In this document: positions 23,321-36,542 of the stretch, piece after piece
Numbering within the stretch: position 1 is the first letter of the stretch
Layout of the letters: each line of letters begins with the position of its first letter
DNA from: Microthyrium microscopicum
Taxonomy: Eukaryota
NCBI GenBank assembly: GCA_010405405.1
Contig: MU004235.1
Span: 1,871,539 to 1,935,538, forward strand
DNA: 64,000 bases
Direction: 5' to 3'
Notes under the pieces: generated by a model
What the model saw: only the letters and a program-made list of their open reading frames with translations
Databases searched by the model: none
What the model was told of the DNA's origin: nothing
Program-made: the position numbers and the translations under genes

Positions 23321-25301
23321 TCAGTCGATATCCTCATCTTCCCTGACATGACCTCTCCCTCCCCATTCAAACCATCTCTTCCCGGCCACAATCACAAGCC
23401 TCGTCTCCACAACCCAGAGCCCAAGCATAACCATCTCTCTTATGGCTTCACAGACAACAACCTTGCCCACCAAACTTGCCACCGCTTTTATCGACATCCT
23501 CTCCGGCGCCGGATCCAAGAATCTCAGAAATCGCTCACTTCTTCCTATCGGTCCACTCGGCATCCCATGTGTATGCACCCACCAGCGTACCACCTGCGGC
23601 AGCAGCCACGCATCAATCGAGAGCAGACCCATCGAGCAGATGCTGCTAGTGACGATCGAGGCTAATCTCTTCTGCGGAAGCAGCGTGAGCGGTGTTTCAC
23701 GACGGGTGCGAGCCCCGCGACGTCGACGCACGCGGTGGGTCGGTGGAGGGATCGTTTCGTAGTACTCAATGTTAAGTTGGGGCATAGGGCCGTCCGCAGA
23801 CTCGACCTCGGTAATTCTGATGCTGTGATTTACTTCCTCGGGGTTGGAGTCGATCGGGGAGTTTGATGATGCGGAAGGAGGATTCACCCGAGCTGAAGAT
23901 TGAGAAGCTGGAGGATCTTGTTGAGTGTTGGCTTGCGTGTTGTCTGGTGTTTGACTGGACGGCTCTGCTTGATGGGAAATTCCATCTGTTGATAGTGGGC
24001 CAAAGTCTAGTATCAAGCCCATAGGTGGCAAATCAGGCGCTGGAGTATTGACCGGCTGGTTGACAGTAGCAAAATTTTCCAGGTTCAATTCAAAACTACC
24101 AACTGGCAGGTCCGCGTTGGCTAAAGTTTCAAGAGCGTGGCCGGCAGTTCGTTCCTCGGGACGATGCGCATTCTGTTCCACATCTACAGGTATGGGCATT
24201 TCCGCGGTCGCGGGCGTGTAGCTTTCTTCTTCCTCTCCTGTGTATTGGAACATCTCTAGGATGAGCGGTCTTACAATCCGATGAAGAAGGTGAGTGTGAA
24301 CAACTCGTCTAACGGCACCTTTGTAGAAATACAGCCACATTGGTACACAGCTCATCTCGAACCGTAGTGGAAACACGGGGTTGAACGGATTGAAATCGTT
24401 TATATTTGGAAACATCTTGGACGTAGATATGAGACCGAGGGAATGGACTAATCCATGAAACCGAAGAGGGAAATCGACGAATTCGTAAAATATATGCAAT
24501 CTGGAATATCAAATGAATTAAGGTACTTGTCATAGTAGCAGGGAGAACACACCCAAATGACACGTTGGTCGTCAACGCTATCAGTTTTTGCCTCGTGCGG
24601 AGGTTAGATATCTTTGCAAGTATCATTCTAAAGATGAAATAGCAGGTTGCTGGTGCGAGTAATGGTGGTTGGCAGACCCTTTCCAGGAGGTTAGCAGGAG
24701 CTCCAGCAAATCCAAACATCCACGGTCCAAAGAGGGTATAATCCTCGGCAACAGTATAGGCAAGGGTGTCTTCAGCTTTTGGAGGAAGTGCCTAGCCTGG
24801 GTCTTAGCATTGGTCGAATCGAGTGGGAGTTGTTTGGTAAGAGACTTACTAGCAGTCGGCACATAACGTTTGATATCCAAGTCTCGGATAAACTTGAGAT
24901 GATAATGCTAGCTAAGGTTGTAGGCACCAGTATCTCTTCCTCAGCACGAACGATTTGATGATCAATTTCGTCGTCAGTCTCTTCGGCACGTTCAACAACA
25001 CCAAACACGCAAAGCACATCATTGGCAGCTCGTCGTAACTCTCTGCCCATTTGCTGTGATCTCGGATTGATTGGTCGATTTCTTTCATCATATTGCTGAA
25101 TATCTTCGGGATATTGGCCGTCTAAAAGTTCTATGGGACGCGAGCTACCGGTTGTGTTCGTGGATGTCAGAGTATCCCAGCCAGATTCCCATGGCGGTGA
25201 CCAGATCGAGCGGCCCTAGAATAGTTAGTTAAACATGAACTTTACATAATAAAGAGCACGCTTACCCAGGCAAGGTTTTCTAGATACGGTAACCGGCCCA
25301 T
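23321..25301 (-). CDS. Uncharacterised multi-exon protein, probably membrane-associated and conserved in filamentous ascomycetes
   Basis: MGRLPYLENLAW|GRSIW...IQQYDERNRPINPRSQQMGRELRRAANDVLCVFGV..., spliced to the 392-aa ORF ending KRWFEWGG. Internal exon boundaries are approximate. Confidence 0.6.
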
Positions 25302-25698
25302 GATGAAGTTGTCACCGGTCGAGGTCGATGGATGGAGAGAGACGACGCGCCGTATTTGTACACATGGTTTGCGACTGTTCTATCGTGTCTGACATCACAA
25401 CAATCACAGATCCTGGAACGCAGACTGAAAGAACTTGTCAAACTGCACACGCGTGTTTGTTGGCAAGCGCCTCAAAGAAGATGCCCAGTATGATGTAGAG
25501 AAGGAAAGGAATATCATGATTGGAAGTTAAGGCAAGAAGGGAGCTAACGCACGGCCCACAACGCCAAGATTTCGTGCAGTTCTTGTCCAATTTTTTTTTT
25601 GAAAGAGTTCGGCCCACCACCACTCTTTTCCTACAAATCCGCCTTTTGCGCCTGCACTGCTACTTGCTTTTATTTCAGCAGAGAATCCAAGGCGCGTC

Positions 25699-27429
25699 AT
25701 GTCGTCCTTCTTCACTGCTCCAGCATCACAAAGAAAACGAAAACGAACGGACGCCGGCCCCTCCAGCTCTGCCAAAAGATCCGCTGCCCCACGAAACAAT
25801 ACAAGACAAGTAAACGGTTCGAGGCCTGCCACACGTGCGGAACGAGATGAGTCAATATCAGGAAGCGACTCTGATGTATCTGGTGCCGAGAACGAGGAGC
25901 TAGGAGACGAAGACGAGATCAGCCATGCCAGCTCAGAGGACGAGAACGAAACCGCTGCAGACAAACGATTGCGCCTCGCCGAACGATACTTGGAAAATAT
26001 TCGAGATGAGATTGACCCCGCAGGTTTCGATGCTGCGGATGTGGACAGAGATTTAATTGCTGAGAGGCTGAGAGAAGATGTCGCCGAGTCCAAGGGAAAA
26101 GTCTACCGTAATATTGCATCTCAGCTGGATATATCCAAGGCACAACACATGAACATTCGAGATAATAAGGCCGACCAGCGTTGTCCGACCGGAGTGGCAA
26201 CCGTCTTTCCATTCATCTACACTGTTGCAAAGGATTTGACAATATGCAAATGGGAAATACCCTCTCCAACACAAGAACCATCCACGCAAACAAATATCAC
26301 AAACCGCCGGAAACCAAAGCTCGTCAAAAAATACGAATGCTACCGGAATCAATCCAAAAAGGACAAGTCCCTGGGACATACAGCGCCGATATTATGCATT
26401 GCAGTAAGCTCTTCTGGAAAATACCTTGCGACTGGCGGAGCAGACAAACGCTTGGTGATCTGGGATGCAGAAAGCCTAAAGCCCATCAGGGTCTTCTTCC
26501 AGCATCGCGACTCGATACTGGGGGTTTCGTTCCGGCGAAACACCAATACCCTGTACACCGCATCCGCTGACCGTACCATTAAAATCTGGAGCCTGGACGA
26601 AATGTCGTACATTGAAACTCTATTCGGCCACCAAGATCACGTAGTCGACATCGTCGGCCTTGCACAAGAAAGATGCATTAGCGTGGGTTCCAGGGACCGG
26701 ACAGCCCGCTTCTGGAAGGTCGTGGACGAGAGTCAACTTGTATTTCGAGGTGGCGGAGGTGGATCCTCCAAGGCTTCCAAAGTGGAAGGCGAGAGTTTTT
26801 CGGAAGGAAGCATTGATCGAGTCGCTATGGTAGACGAGGACACGTTTGTAACAGGCAGCGACAATGGGACGATTAGTCTATGGAGCGTGCTACGAAAAAA
26901 GCCAGTATTTTCGATTCCCATGGCCCACGGCATCGAACCATTAGCCAAACCAGAGGATATTAGCCCGGAAATAAATCCAAGCTCCTCCCGTACTGATGGT
27001 CGACCACAGCCTCGATGGATCACTGCTCTCACCACGGTACCTTACAGCGATATTATACTCTCTGGGAGCTGGGATGGATACATTCGGGCCTGGAAAATAT
27101 CGGAGGATAAACGACGACTTGAGGCTGTGGGTCCCATTCAATCACAAGCCAACAAGGCGTTGCAAAATGGCACGAATGGTTTAACGCATGAGCAAAAGTC
27201 GCAGGATGAGCTTGGGCCAATCAGAGGGCTTGTGAACGATCTCAACGTCTTTGAAAAGGGCGATCGTGGAAAGGATGGGCTGTGTATAGTAGCCGCATAT
27301 TCCAAAGAACATCGGCTGGGGAAATGGAACATGAACACCGGAGGCCGATGCGGGACTGTGCTGTATGAGATTGGGAAGATCTTGGAGCATCCTTCGGATC
27401 CTACGCATCTGAATGGACATGCGGAGTAG
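25699..27429 (+). CDS. RRP9: U3 snoRNP-associated WD40 protein Rrp9 (U3-55K)
   Basis: ETAADKRLRLAERYL, RDLIAERL, WSLDEMSYIETLFGHQD, DRTARFWKVVDESQLVFRGG, QPRWITAL and KEHRLGKW. Confidence 0.93.
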   Translation: MSSFFTAPASQRKRKRTDAGPSSSAKRSAAPRNNTRQVNGSRPATRAERDESISGSDSDVSGAENEELGDEDEISHASSEDENETAADKRLRLAERYLENIRDEIDPAGFDAADVDRDLIAERLREDVAESKGKVYRNIASQLDISKAQHMNIRDNKADQRCPTGVATVFPFIYTVAKDLTICKWEIPSPTQEPSTQTNITNRRKPKLVKKYECYRNQSKKDKSLGHTAPILCIAVSSSGKYLATGGADKRLVIWDAESLKPIRVFFQHRDSILGVSFRRNTNTLYTASADRTIKIWSLDEMSYIETLFGHQDHVVDIVGLAQERCISVGSRDRTARFWKVVDESQLVFRGGGGGSSKASKVEGESFSEGSIDRVAMVDEDTFVTGSDNGTISLWSVLRKKPVFSIPMAHGIEPLAKPEDISPEINPSSSRTDGRPQPRWITALTTVPYSDIILSGSWDGYIRAWKISEDKRRLEAVGPIQSQANKALQNGTNGLTHEQKSQDELGPIRGLVNDLNVFEKGDRGKDGLCIVAAYSKEHRLGKWNMNTGGRCGTVLYEIGKILEHPSDPTHLNGHAE

Positions 27430-27838
27430 TAGCGATTTGTTATACCCAGCCTTGCCAGCCAAAATAGTATAGTCTAAACATTACCCAAATAATGCTATGC
27501 CTTGAAACTTGACCCCACTATTTTGTATTGCTAAGCTCCAGCGATGCCGTGGAGCAATGAAGACAGATTCATTGAGGGACAAGAATCTGCATACAAGGAG
27601 GCCCGATAATTCGGCGAGACCCCATGCTTGAAGGCTTATGCTACAGATTAGGCAGCAGTTTTGTCGCAGAAATCATGTACTCGTCAGACTTCATGGGCCA
27701 TGTTCAGTTTTTGTCTATAATTACGTCCAGTTTGACTGGCTTCGGCTAGCTCAGAGCAACAGGGAGAAGGTGTGCTTGGTCCAATGAATCAGATACAGCT
27801 ATTGGACTCGGAGTACAGCAGCCCTCTACAGATCCACA

Positions 27839-29089
27839 ATGACCACCATAGCTCCAGTAGACACCTTCCCAACCAGTTGGCCATACTTTATCGCAAAGGA
27901 CTTCCAGAAAGCGATCGTTCCAGCACGCTGGGCTGATGGCCATCCCAAACAATGGCAAGGAGCAGAAAGCTCCATCACAACGAAAGATCGCATAAGAGAT
28001 GGCGCTCTCAGCCAGGACTCGCGATACCTGGCTGTAGCAAGCGCTTCTGAAGTCACAATCTACTCCATCACTGACGGAAAGATTTGCCAGATGCTGACAT
28101 GCCCCGAGGGCCGGTTCCAACGTGTGCTTCTGCGAATGATGGAAAGCTCACCAAGTAAGGACTACTGCCTTCTTGCCGACTTTGGCAGTATACCATACCC
28201 ACAAACTGCCTTTTGGAAGCTTGACGAACATGGAAAAGTCCAAGGCACGAACAAGCCGGTCCTGATCATAAAAGCATCTTTGCCGGATGCAGGTTGCGAT
28301 ATGTTTCATCCGTCAAGTCAGTACTTCCTGGTTTACGAACGCGAGCGCCTCCCAGCGGCGACGAAAGAAAAGCATCATTCACACAACATTGAAATATGGG
28401 ATGCGGACTTTGCATCCCTGAAGCTTCGTATTGAAGATATGCATGATGAGATAATGAGCTGGGTAGATTTCTCGCCAGATGGCTCGACATTCGCGACCAG
28501 TTCAATGGACCAGACTGCCAAGATCTGGAACGCAGCCAGCGGCGCTCTAGTTCGCACCTTCGGACCCACTGGTCATCAGAATTGGCGAGTTGCTCACTCC
28601 CCTGATGGTAGTCGACTTGCGTGTGGCCATGGCTCGGGCGTTCTTGTCTGGCAGATCGAGACCGGCGAAACTATATTCAAGTTTGATAGCAACAGACACT
28701 GGGTACGGTCGCTAGCCTGGCATCCAAGCAGCAAATGTCTTGCATATGGTCATTGCAATGGTGGATTGCAGATTCGAAGTGTGGAATCTGGGAAAGTGTT
28801 TCAAGAGTGGCAATTGGACATGACGCGTTGGCCTCGACAAGATACAGAAGTACTCGTCTTGGGCTGGTTTGATGGAGGTAGAAAATTGGCATTCGCTACG
28901 GGACTACATGCTGGAGTTGAAGTTTATGACGTGGAAGAGAATATCAAATGGCGATTCGCTCCAAGCGATGAGGATTCGAGTCTGCTAACTAATGGCTGGA
29001 GACCTCTTGTTCCTGCATACTGGATTGCGGATAACAAAAGTTTGTTGTGCTTGGATGCAGACAACAAAATCAGAGTTTGGAATTTGTAA
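27839..29089 (+). CDS. WD40-repeat protein, intronless
   Basis: WD-type repeats VDFSPDGSTFATSSMDQTAKIWN, VAHSPDGSRLACG and VRSLAWHPSSKCLAYG; ends DNKIRVWNL. Confidence 0.85.
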   Translation: MTTIAPVDTFPTSWPYFIAKDFQKAIVPARWADGHPKQWQGAESSITTKDRIRDGALSQDSRYLAVASASEVTIYSITDGKICQMLTCPEGRFQRVLLRMMESSPSKDYCLLADFGSIPYPQTAFWKLDEHGKVQGTNKPVLIIKASLPDAGCDMFHPSSQYFLVYERERLPAATKEKHHSHNIEIWDADFASLKLRIEDMHDEIMSWVDFSPDGSTFATSSMDQTAKIWNAASGALVRTFGPTGHQNWRVAHSPDGSRLACGHGSGVLVWQIETGETIFKFDSNRHWVRSLAWHPSSKCLAYGHCNGGLQIRSVESGKVFQEWQLDMTRWPRQDTEVLVLGWFDGGRKLAFATGLHAGVEVYDVEENIKWRFAPSDEDSSLLTNGWRPLVPAYWIADNKSLLCLDADNKIRVWNL

Positions 29090-29250
29090 ACACTGTACCG
29101 ATGATTGGATTTAGGTCAGAATAAGTGCCATAAGCCCGTCGAACTGAAGCTCAACCAATAAGTATCTGACATTATTTCCAAATTACGCTGATAAGAATCA
29201 TATGCTTCTCTGCCTGGCTTTCTCTATCGCCAAATCCCTCTGCTTCAGAC

Positions 29251-29552
29251 TTATATCAAGTTTCTCGGTGCACATCCACAATCCTCACACTGAGAATTAT
29301 GTCAGTCGATTTAACGAGCACGGTAGGCAAGCAATAGGAAGATGTAAGACTTACGCAGCTGACAATTTTCTTGAAGCAGACGTACTCGCAATAGGAAATA
29401 CAGCACTCGGTAGCATCTGGATTGTTACCACCCCCACAAAGTGCACAATTCTCATTACACATCTGTAAGCAGGTGAGGAGTTGCTGATCGGTCAGTAATG
29501 GAGTTGCCGTGGCAAAAGCCTGTAGGATGACAAAGATGAGCAACAGACGCAT
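29251..29552 (-). CDS. Small secreted 12-Cys protein (2 exons), candidate effector
   Basis: Signal peptide MRLLLIFVILQAFATA. An intron starting at 29354 (GTAAGT...CTGAC...CAG) gives ...KKIVSC|CEDCGCAPRNLI*. Confidence 0.72.
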
Positions 29553-30907
29553 ATTTTCAGCTGTGGGTGATGGAAACGAGAAAGGTTTATATACTCGGCC
29601 GAATAGACCCAAAAATGTATTGATGATGACTTCCACTCATGTCTCCAGCGATTCTTCAAATGCAGTGTGGACAGAAGATTCTAGACTTATGTAGCTTCTC
29701 ACTATGGCATCAAGTACCACTGAATCTTGGAACACGATTGAGTTATCGTATCACACAGCATAAAGCGGACGCGTAGAGCTGGCCGTGGAGATTATATCGA
29801 GCTTGTTTCGCTATCGCCGTCTCGAAGCACAAGTTTTGGACGAGATCTCGCCACAGTGACCATTGCAATTTATGTTGTTTGCTTCAAGGTACGACGGCAC
29901 AACCAGAGATTTGCGCGCTACTGAATGTTCTTCGACAAACGATTGCCTATTACCGGGTACATGTCCTTCGTCAAGTCGTGCAAGTTTGTTCCAATACAAC
30001 AAGATGCCTAAAAACATATACATGGGCCGATTGAGATGCCTTAGTGAGCTGAACTTCAATACTTCGGCAGAAGTGATTGTGAATTTAGAGAACGTTATCG
30101 AAACCGAGACGTCGCGCCTTATGGGTGGTCACGTTTGATCGAGGCCATGTACGCAGACAAGCAGACAAGCAGACTAAGTCCAGAGAGTTTTCCGAAGATT
30201 ATTGTAACGAGCGCTGTCCTACACGATTGAATCAAGGGCGATCGTAGGAGCCGAAGCCTTGCTCCGTTGGCCCTATAATGCGTAAGCTCAATCCTACGGC
30301 ATGAGTGCTTCTTTAAATATTATGGCACAGGCTGGTGCCTTCATTCACAACAGGACCAGGCTCAACGAGGTCGTCAGTCCACAGAAGTGAAACTCTTGAG
30401 AGTATTGTTATCTCATACGTGCTATGGTTACTTCATCATAGCATTAAAAGTAAACTCATGGATCCCAAGTACAAAGCTGGAGATTGAGTCTCTGGTAAGT
30501 TTATTTACAACAACAACTCTCCTCATCTCGTATCTCCATGTTTCAGATTTCATGAGACCCAGCTGTGCCAGCGTGTGAGCACTGGTTTTATCACTCATAG
30601 GAGGATTGGCAAACCAACACGCCAATCAATATATCAACAACCGTATTCACGTATTGGAGCTCATGGGATTTGATCCTTCGACCGGGATATCTCTTCTAAG
30701 TCAAACTCCTGCAGCCCTCGCCGTGATTCAGCAATGCAAAAGTGGTGCCTAAATACCTACCTTATCCATCATCTCAACATAAAGGTTCCTCACATTCAAT
30801 CATAAATTCAACAACTTTCACCGTCAGAAATACCCCCTCCACCACTACAGTCTGATATCTTTCCAGTCTGCTCTACATACTGTCTTATGACTATCTCTTC
30901 TTGCACC

Positions 30908-31588
30908 ATGGGCAACACAAAGCCAGACACAAGTCTACGCCTTCGCACAATTCCCCTCATCGCTTTTGTGATCGAGTTCTTCCTCGCCATTCCATTTGCC
31001 ATAGCAGTTAATAGAATTGCACCAGCAATTGGCCTCATTGCTCTGGCTGGGTCATGTCTACTCAGCTTGATGGTCCTGCGTGGTAAAGGATTCTTCAAGC
31101 ACTGGTTCCGCGGTGCCAACTACGAATACCGCATTGTGCTCGATCAAGACGAGCCACACAAAGACGACAGCAGTATGCGTACAAGTTTGCTGTTGTTGGC
31201 AGATGTGTTCTTGGGTTTCAGCAGTGCGGCGATCTACTCGGGAAGTATTGTGGAGATGATGATGGGCGGCGGGTGGTATAGTCGCGCGGATGGAAACATC
31301 CTGGGGACCTACGCAGGATTACCATATCTGGCTGTCATGTAAGTTCCGTGATGTGTCTTTGATTTCATGCGTTTGCTGATCGGGTACAGGGTAACACATG
31401 GATGGTTGGCCTTTCTGGGCATGTGTAAGCTTGCGAAGCGTGGCAAGAAGTCACTGGATACTTGTCCGCATTGCCAGAAGTCGTTGGTGTTTCCGGGGTC
31501 ACCAAAGGCTGCCGGTGTTGAGACTCAAGCCGAGGAGAACAATAATGAAAGTCCATCGATGAGTGGCGCTGGTATATCTGCTGTTTGA
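30908..31588 (+). CDS. Uncharacterised multi-pass membrane protein (2 exons)
   Basis: About four hydrophobic segments; intron near 31340-31389 (GTAAGT...CTGAT...CAG). The start could instead be 30887. Confidence 0.55.
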
Positions 31589-31930
31589 GCATCTATCGCC
31601 ACTCAGACATGGGTTTCACACGTACTGGATCTTTGTTTGATGCAAACGACTCTTGTAGAGAACTTGAACGGCTTATGTCTTTCAGTCAAGCAGATGGACG
31701 TGGTAGGCGGTTACGATGCTCTCGGATTGTTGCGTTCTATATTATGATTTGAAATGGCTTCAGTAAATTCTTTTTCGGAGTTGGCGAACTATGGCTTGGC
31801 TCCTTGTCATTTAAAGAAATCAATTTTTTCCTTCTATCTGGTCCTGAAAGTTGGAATATCATTTGGCGTATTCTGCATTGCTTTAGCAGTTGGAATTTGG
31901 CTGCCGAAAGGTTACAGACGAATAAATATA

Positions 31931-34900
31931 CTAAACCATTTCCCTTCCATATGTCCGTCTTCTCGATGGCAGATCGTCACTTCCAGTATAATAATTATTC
32001 GAGCTAGTCGTGGATTCATATTTGGCTCTTGATCGTCTTCGGTCAGCTCTCGCTCGCGCTGCTCGGTCATCCGAACGTTTTGCCAATCCTCGAACTAGCC
32101 AATGTGCCATCTTTCGGCCTGCCCATGCTCTGAACTCACTGAGCTTGGTGGTGGCCCAGAGACAGAAAATACCAGCAATGATCACAAGAGGAATGCCTGT
32201 GACCCAAAAGACCCATTGCGTTTGGTTCATATTCCGAATCTCGCTGGTATTCATGCCTAGGATGCTCGCAACGGTGGTTAGTGGGAGGAAAATGACAGAA
32301 ACAATGGCGAAGATCAGTGATGCTGTCTCTTGAGTGTCTTTGTTCGTTTCAATAAGCCGTTGATGCTAAGACAAGAAATGTTAGCAGGGTCGAAAGAGTT
32401 TTATGGTTCCCCTAGAATCAATTTGAGCTTACCGTTCTTTCAATGTCCCTTACTGTCCTCGAAAGATGTTGGAAGTAGGCTATTTTTCCTTTGACCTGTG
32501 CCCACGCGCGAGATGGACTGGCGGCCGATCGACCCTCAGTATCGAGCAATGTGAAGGAGGTTCTTGCTGTGCCTTCTCTGCCTAGACCTCTAGTGAGAGT
32601 TTCCAGTTGCACTTTTTCTGCTATCAACACATCAATTATCATCCCCAGTTCTTGTTGTAGGTTAATGACTTTTGTCTGATGCTCTCTGTTCTTAGGGTCT
32701 AGACGAACTTCTTCCTCCTAAAAAATGTGGTCAGCTGAGTTGAAGAATATTTGACTAGGTCGGGTGCATGATTAACCCACAAGTCGTATAATATAAGATC
32801 TGTAACACTTGGGTATCAAGTCCATTTGGCCATGAGTGACGTCCTGGAGCATCCGAAGAACTATCGATCCCAGAACGCCAATAGGCGGGACAGCTTCCAA
32901 ATCAGAGATCGATCCACTGCCAGAAGTTTCAATAATTTGCTTGAGACCCCTCTCAAGTTTACTGCGCGCCTCCCTAAGTTTACTCGCAAACCGATGAGTA
33001 CTGTTCTCTGTTGGTTGGTAGCCAGTAGCAAACACGATAATTTTCATGAAGGCTTCAGGAAAATGTGCAGGTATCTTGAGTCTGCTTGGTGGAGGACCAA
33101 GGCCGGCAGACAGTTTTGAAGATATTTCTTTGATTAGATCTTGCACTATGCGAAAGTTGATATTCATGATGGATTGAATGTTGTCGTCTTTCTGGAACAG
33201 GATTTGCTGAACGTGTCACAGTTAGCCTGCGGTTCACTATATCTTATTGTCTACCTCCCAACGTAGATAGTTTCAAAAGACTTACAGAGGTGATTCGGTT
33301 CACACCGCCCCAGTATTTGGAAGCCACTGGAGAGTCATGGTACAAGGGTAAAAAGCACCGAAAGCACTCTTTAGCAGTTTGAGCAAAAGCTTGAGCATTC
33401 TTGATTTTTTCCCTCAGTTGCGCCTGCTGGTAGGCTGGGTGAGGTGGTAGAGGACTTGGACTTCTTGAACGCCTCCTTGATCGCTGACTTCTGGAATGGG
33501 CCGATGTAGTTGGTCCTGCACGCTGAGCCCTCAGGTACTCCTTTGTGTATTCTTTTCCTTCTCTTTTGGCACGTTGTATCATCTGTTCGAAATCCTGCCT
33601 GAACTCTGCGTAATTCATTTCTTTGCAATCTGCATATGCCATTTTCTCTGATTTGCGCTTGTTGGAAACCAAGTAGATATGTAATCGGTCCATCAGACCC
33701 GAAAGCTTCGATTGATCAACATGAAGTGAATCCACACCTCGACTTCCACCAGCTTGTACGTTGATTCCTTGATCATTTTGTATTTCAACAGCGCATAACC
33801 ATGTGAAAACTCGAAACTGCTTGAAATCGTCAATCTGGTTATTTTCGAGGTGCTCATCCGGCGGTATTCGGACAAAAGTAGGGGATTTTGTAGGTGAGAT
33901 CTTGCGGTTTTTCTTCTTCTGCTCCATCGGCTTGGTCTCTTGTGCAGCTCCAAGTATCTCAATCTCTTCTGTAATGTCTGATGGCTTCAGTTCTGTTGAT
34001 ACGGCATCATCTTTATCATCGACAGCAAAGCTTGCGGCGATATCCCGCGCTTCATTTTGTCTCCCTTCACGGCGGTTGGCAGTGCTCGAAATTCGTGGCG
34101 CTGTCTCCGGTACGCCATATCCTTCTGGCAGTTCTGCTGGGCTGCGCTCGGCAGGATCGTCGTCAGAGTCTATATCTTCGTCATCCGAGAGAATTGACTC
34201 TGATGAAGGCTCCCAGGGAGGCGGGCGTGGCGGAGCCTGGAAGGGGCGCGGGCTGCTTCTTCTAGTTATCCCGGTTAGGAAATTTCATTAACTGTGTATG
34301 GCAACTTACATCGGTCTGATCACAAGTCGTACGGTTGCTTGCTTGGAACGTTGTGGTATCGCCAGCTCAACCCAGTTGATGGCCGTAACCAGGGTTGAGC
34401 CATCGAATATTTGGAAATCAGACTCTGTTCCGAACTCTCGGAGTTGGGAAACAAATTCCTAAGACTAGCTCAATAGTTGTTCCTGGGGATCTAGATATCT
34501 ACACTTACAAACCAAGTCTGACATTTCTCAGCTGAGAGTAAGAAAATCGAATTACCTCCATCATAAACCTGAACGTAAGGCGATTCATCTTTAAACTTTG
34601 ACTTTTCGGGTTCAGGTAGTGGGAGACTTGCTGAAACTGCTTTAACTATATCTCCTCGAAGCGATTTGATATCTAGGCGTGAACAAGTTATGAGCAGATC
34701 TACAAGTGTCAATACTACAGCCCAAATGGAGACCTCAGATTCAAATTTCCACTTACCGTGATTGATGACCAGGCACCATAGCTGCGAAACATGAATGCAC
34801 TTTCCAGAGTTCTTCGAGTCCATGGTCGTTACGACTTGCTTCAGATCCCGACTCTTGGAAGTAGCCGAGTCATAGAGCTGAAGAAGTGTTTGTGCAGGAT

Positions 34901-36290
34901 GGTCTGATGAGCCATCTGGTAATTTTACTGCAGAGTAAGCTTCAAAGCTGAAATAGGGAAAACAGAGCCAGATTAGAGAATCGAGTTCTGAAGCAGGACG
35001 ATCAGATTTGCTGATGTTGATTTTAGAGAGCGGTTCCATTTGCCTTCCTTTTCCATCTTGTGTTTCTATTGGTGTGATGCTGTCTTCAATAGAAGATAAA
35101 AGTAAGAGAAGATCTTTAGTCTGTGCGCTTGTGATTTCTGCTTTCTCGAGAACAAATTCCTTCCAGATCAGCTGAGTTTCCAAGTCAATTTGATATTCAA
35201 CTCACCTTGAAGGTTCGGAAATTCAAATGATCCTGTTTTAAGTGCCTGAGTTTATCAGAGAGAAATCGACTCATGATATGTTCGAGACTTACAGCCATTT
35301 GAATAGTGCCCCGTTCCTTTTACTGTTCGAATTGAGATTCTGTGACCCTGTCGTTGGTGGGTTTTGGGCGACATTAGCGGGTAGCTCTTCTTCAATCAGG
35401 ATAGACAAAGAATCTTTCGAACTTGAATCCTTGACTAGCCCATATTTTGTTGGCAGCACTCTGTATTCATCAAAGTTAAAAACAGGCGGCTTTTGTTCCG
35501 TTTTATTGTCTGGTTTGTCGAGGCTCAAATTCGCACCCAGGCTTCCCGAAGGCACGTCGTCGCTAGCTTCGTCTTCGTCAATAAGAGTAATGGAGTAATC
35601 ACTGTCTGACCCGAATCCGCCGTCTAGATCCAAATCGACTTCCACGTAAGGCGCCATCCGGCGGCTGCGTTCCCTCTCTTTTTCCAACTCATACCGATTT
35701 CTTTCATAGGTGCCGGAGTCCATAATGCGAGTTTTGATCCGGGAATCTCCATGTTGGTGTCTTTCATAACGCGCAGGAGGAGGTGGCGGTGGATATAGAT
35801 TCGACTGAGGATTATAGTCGGCATAACCAACACTAACAGGACTTCCACTGCGACTATCACTGCGACTACGTCTTCGAGCCCGGCTTCGGCTTCGATTTCG
35901 ACTTCGACTTCTACTACGACTACGACTTTGACTACGTCCGTAGCCATATCCTGCAATAGCTCCGCTATGAGACCGCCCACGCCTGGCAGCCCTGGCATAG
36001 GAATAGTTATCGTATCTTTGGTAGGGGGTAGGTCTATGTCCACTTTCAATCACAACATGAGTCTCAGTCCCTCGCCTCTCGATCACTCGACTAGAAGACT
36101 GTCGCTGCTCGCGTTGCGTTGCTCTTTCCTCTTTGCTAACCAGCGCCTGTCTGTGTAAGATTTCCTCTTCAAGTGCCAATTTTTCTCTCTCAGCTCGCAC
36201 TTTCAGCTGTCGTTCTAGATCGGCTCTTCTGCTGTCAGCGGGGTTTCTGGAGTCATATCCATGGCTCCTATCCCGCGATGTATAATCCAT
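31931..36290 (-). CDS. Large multi-exon protein with a C-terminal CorA/ZntB-like transmembrane domain and an RS-rich N-terminus
   Basis: C-terminal IFAIVSVIFLPLTTVASILGMNTSEIRNM...FWVTGIPL (GMN motif). Collinear minus-strand ORFs are separated by GT-AG introns. Also IHVSQLWCLVI and SKYWGGV. Confidence 0.75.
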
Positions 36291-36542
36291 CTATCTAGGT
36301 GTCGGAATGTCAACTTTGCAATCGCGTTGTCTTCTGGGGGTAATGAGATGAAAACATTTCCATTTTCATCATTTTCTTGAATGAGTTGTAGGGGGCTGGG
36401 CTGGATGCATGTAAGACGCGCCTGCAAAAGACCCAAATCGGAATCAAGATTCTTGGCAGTTTATTTTAAGCCTCTCACATGGTTTAGCTCGTCCTTCCAT
36501 TGCACGAACTTTTAGCAAAGATTTCTTGTCAGTGTCGTCAGA

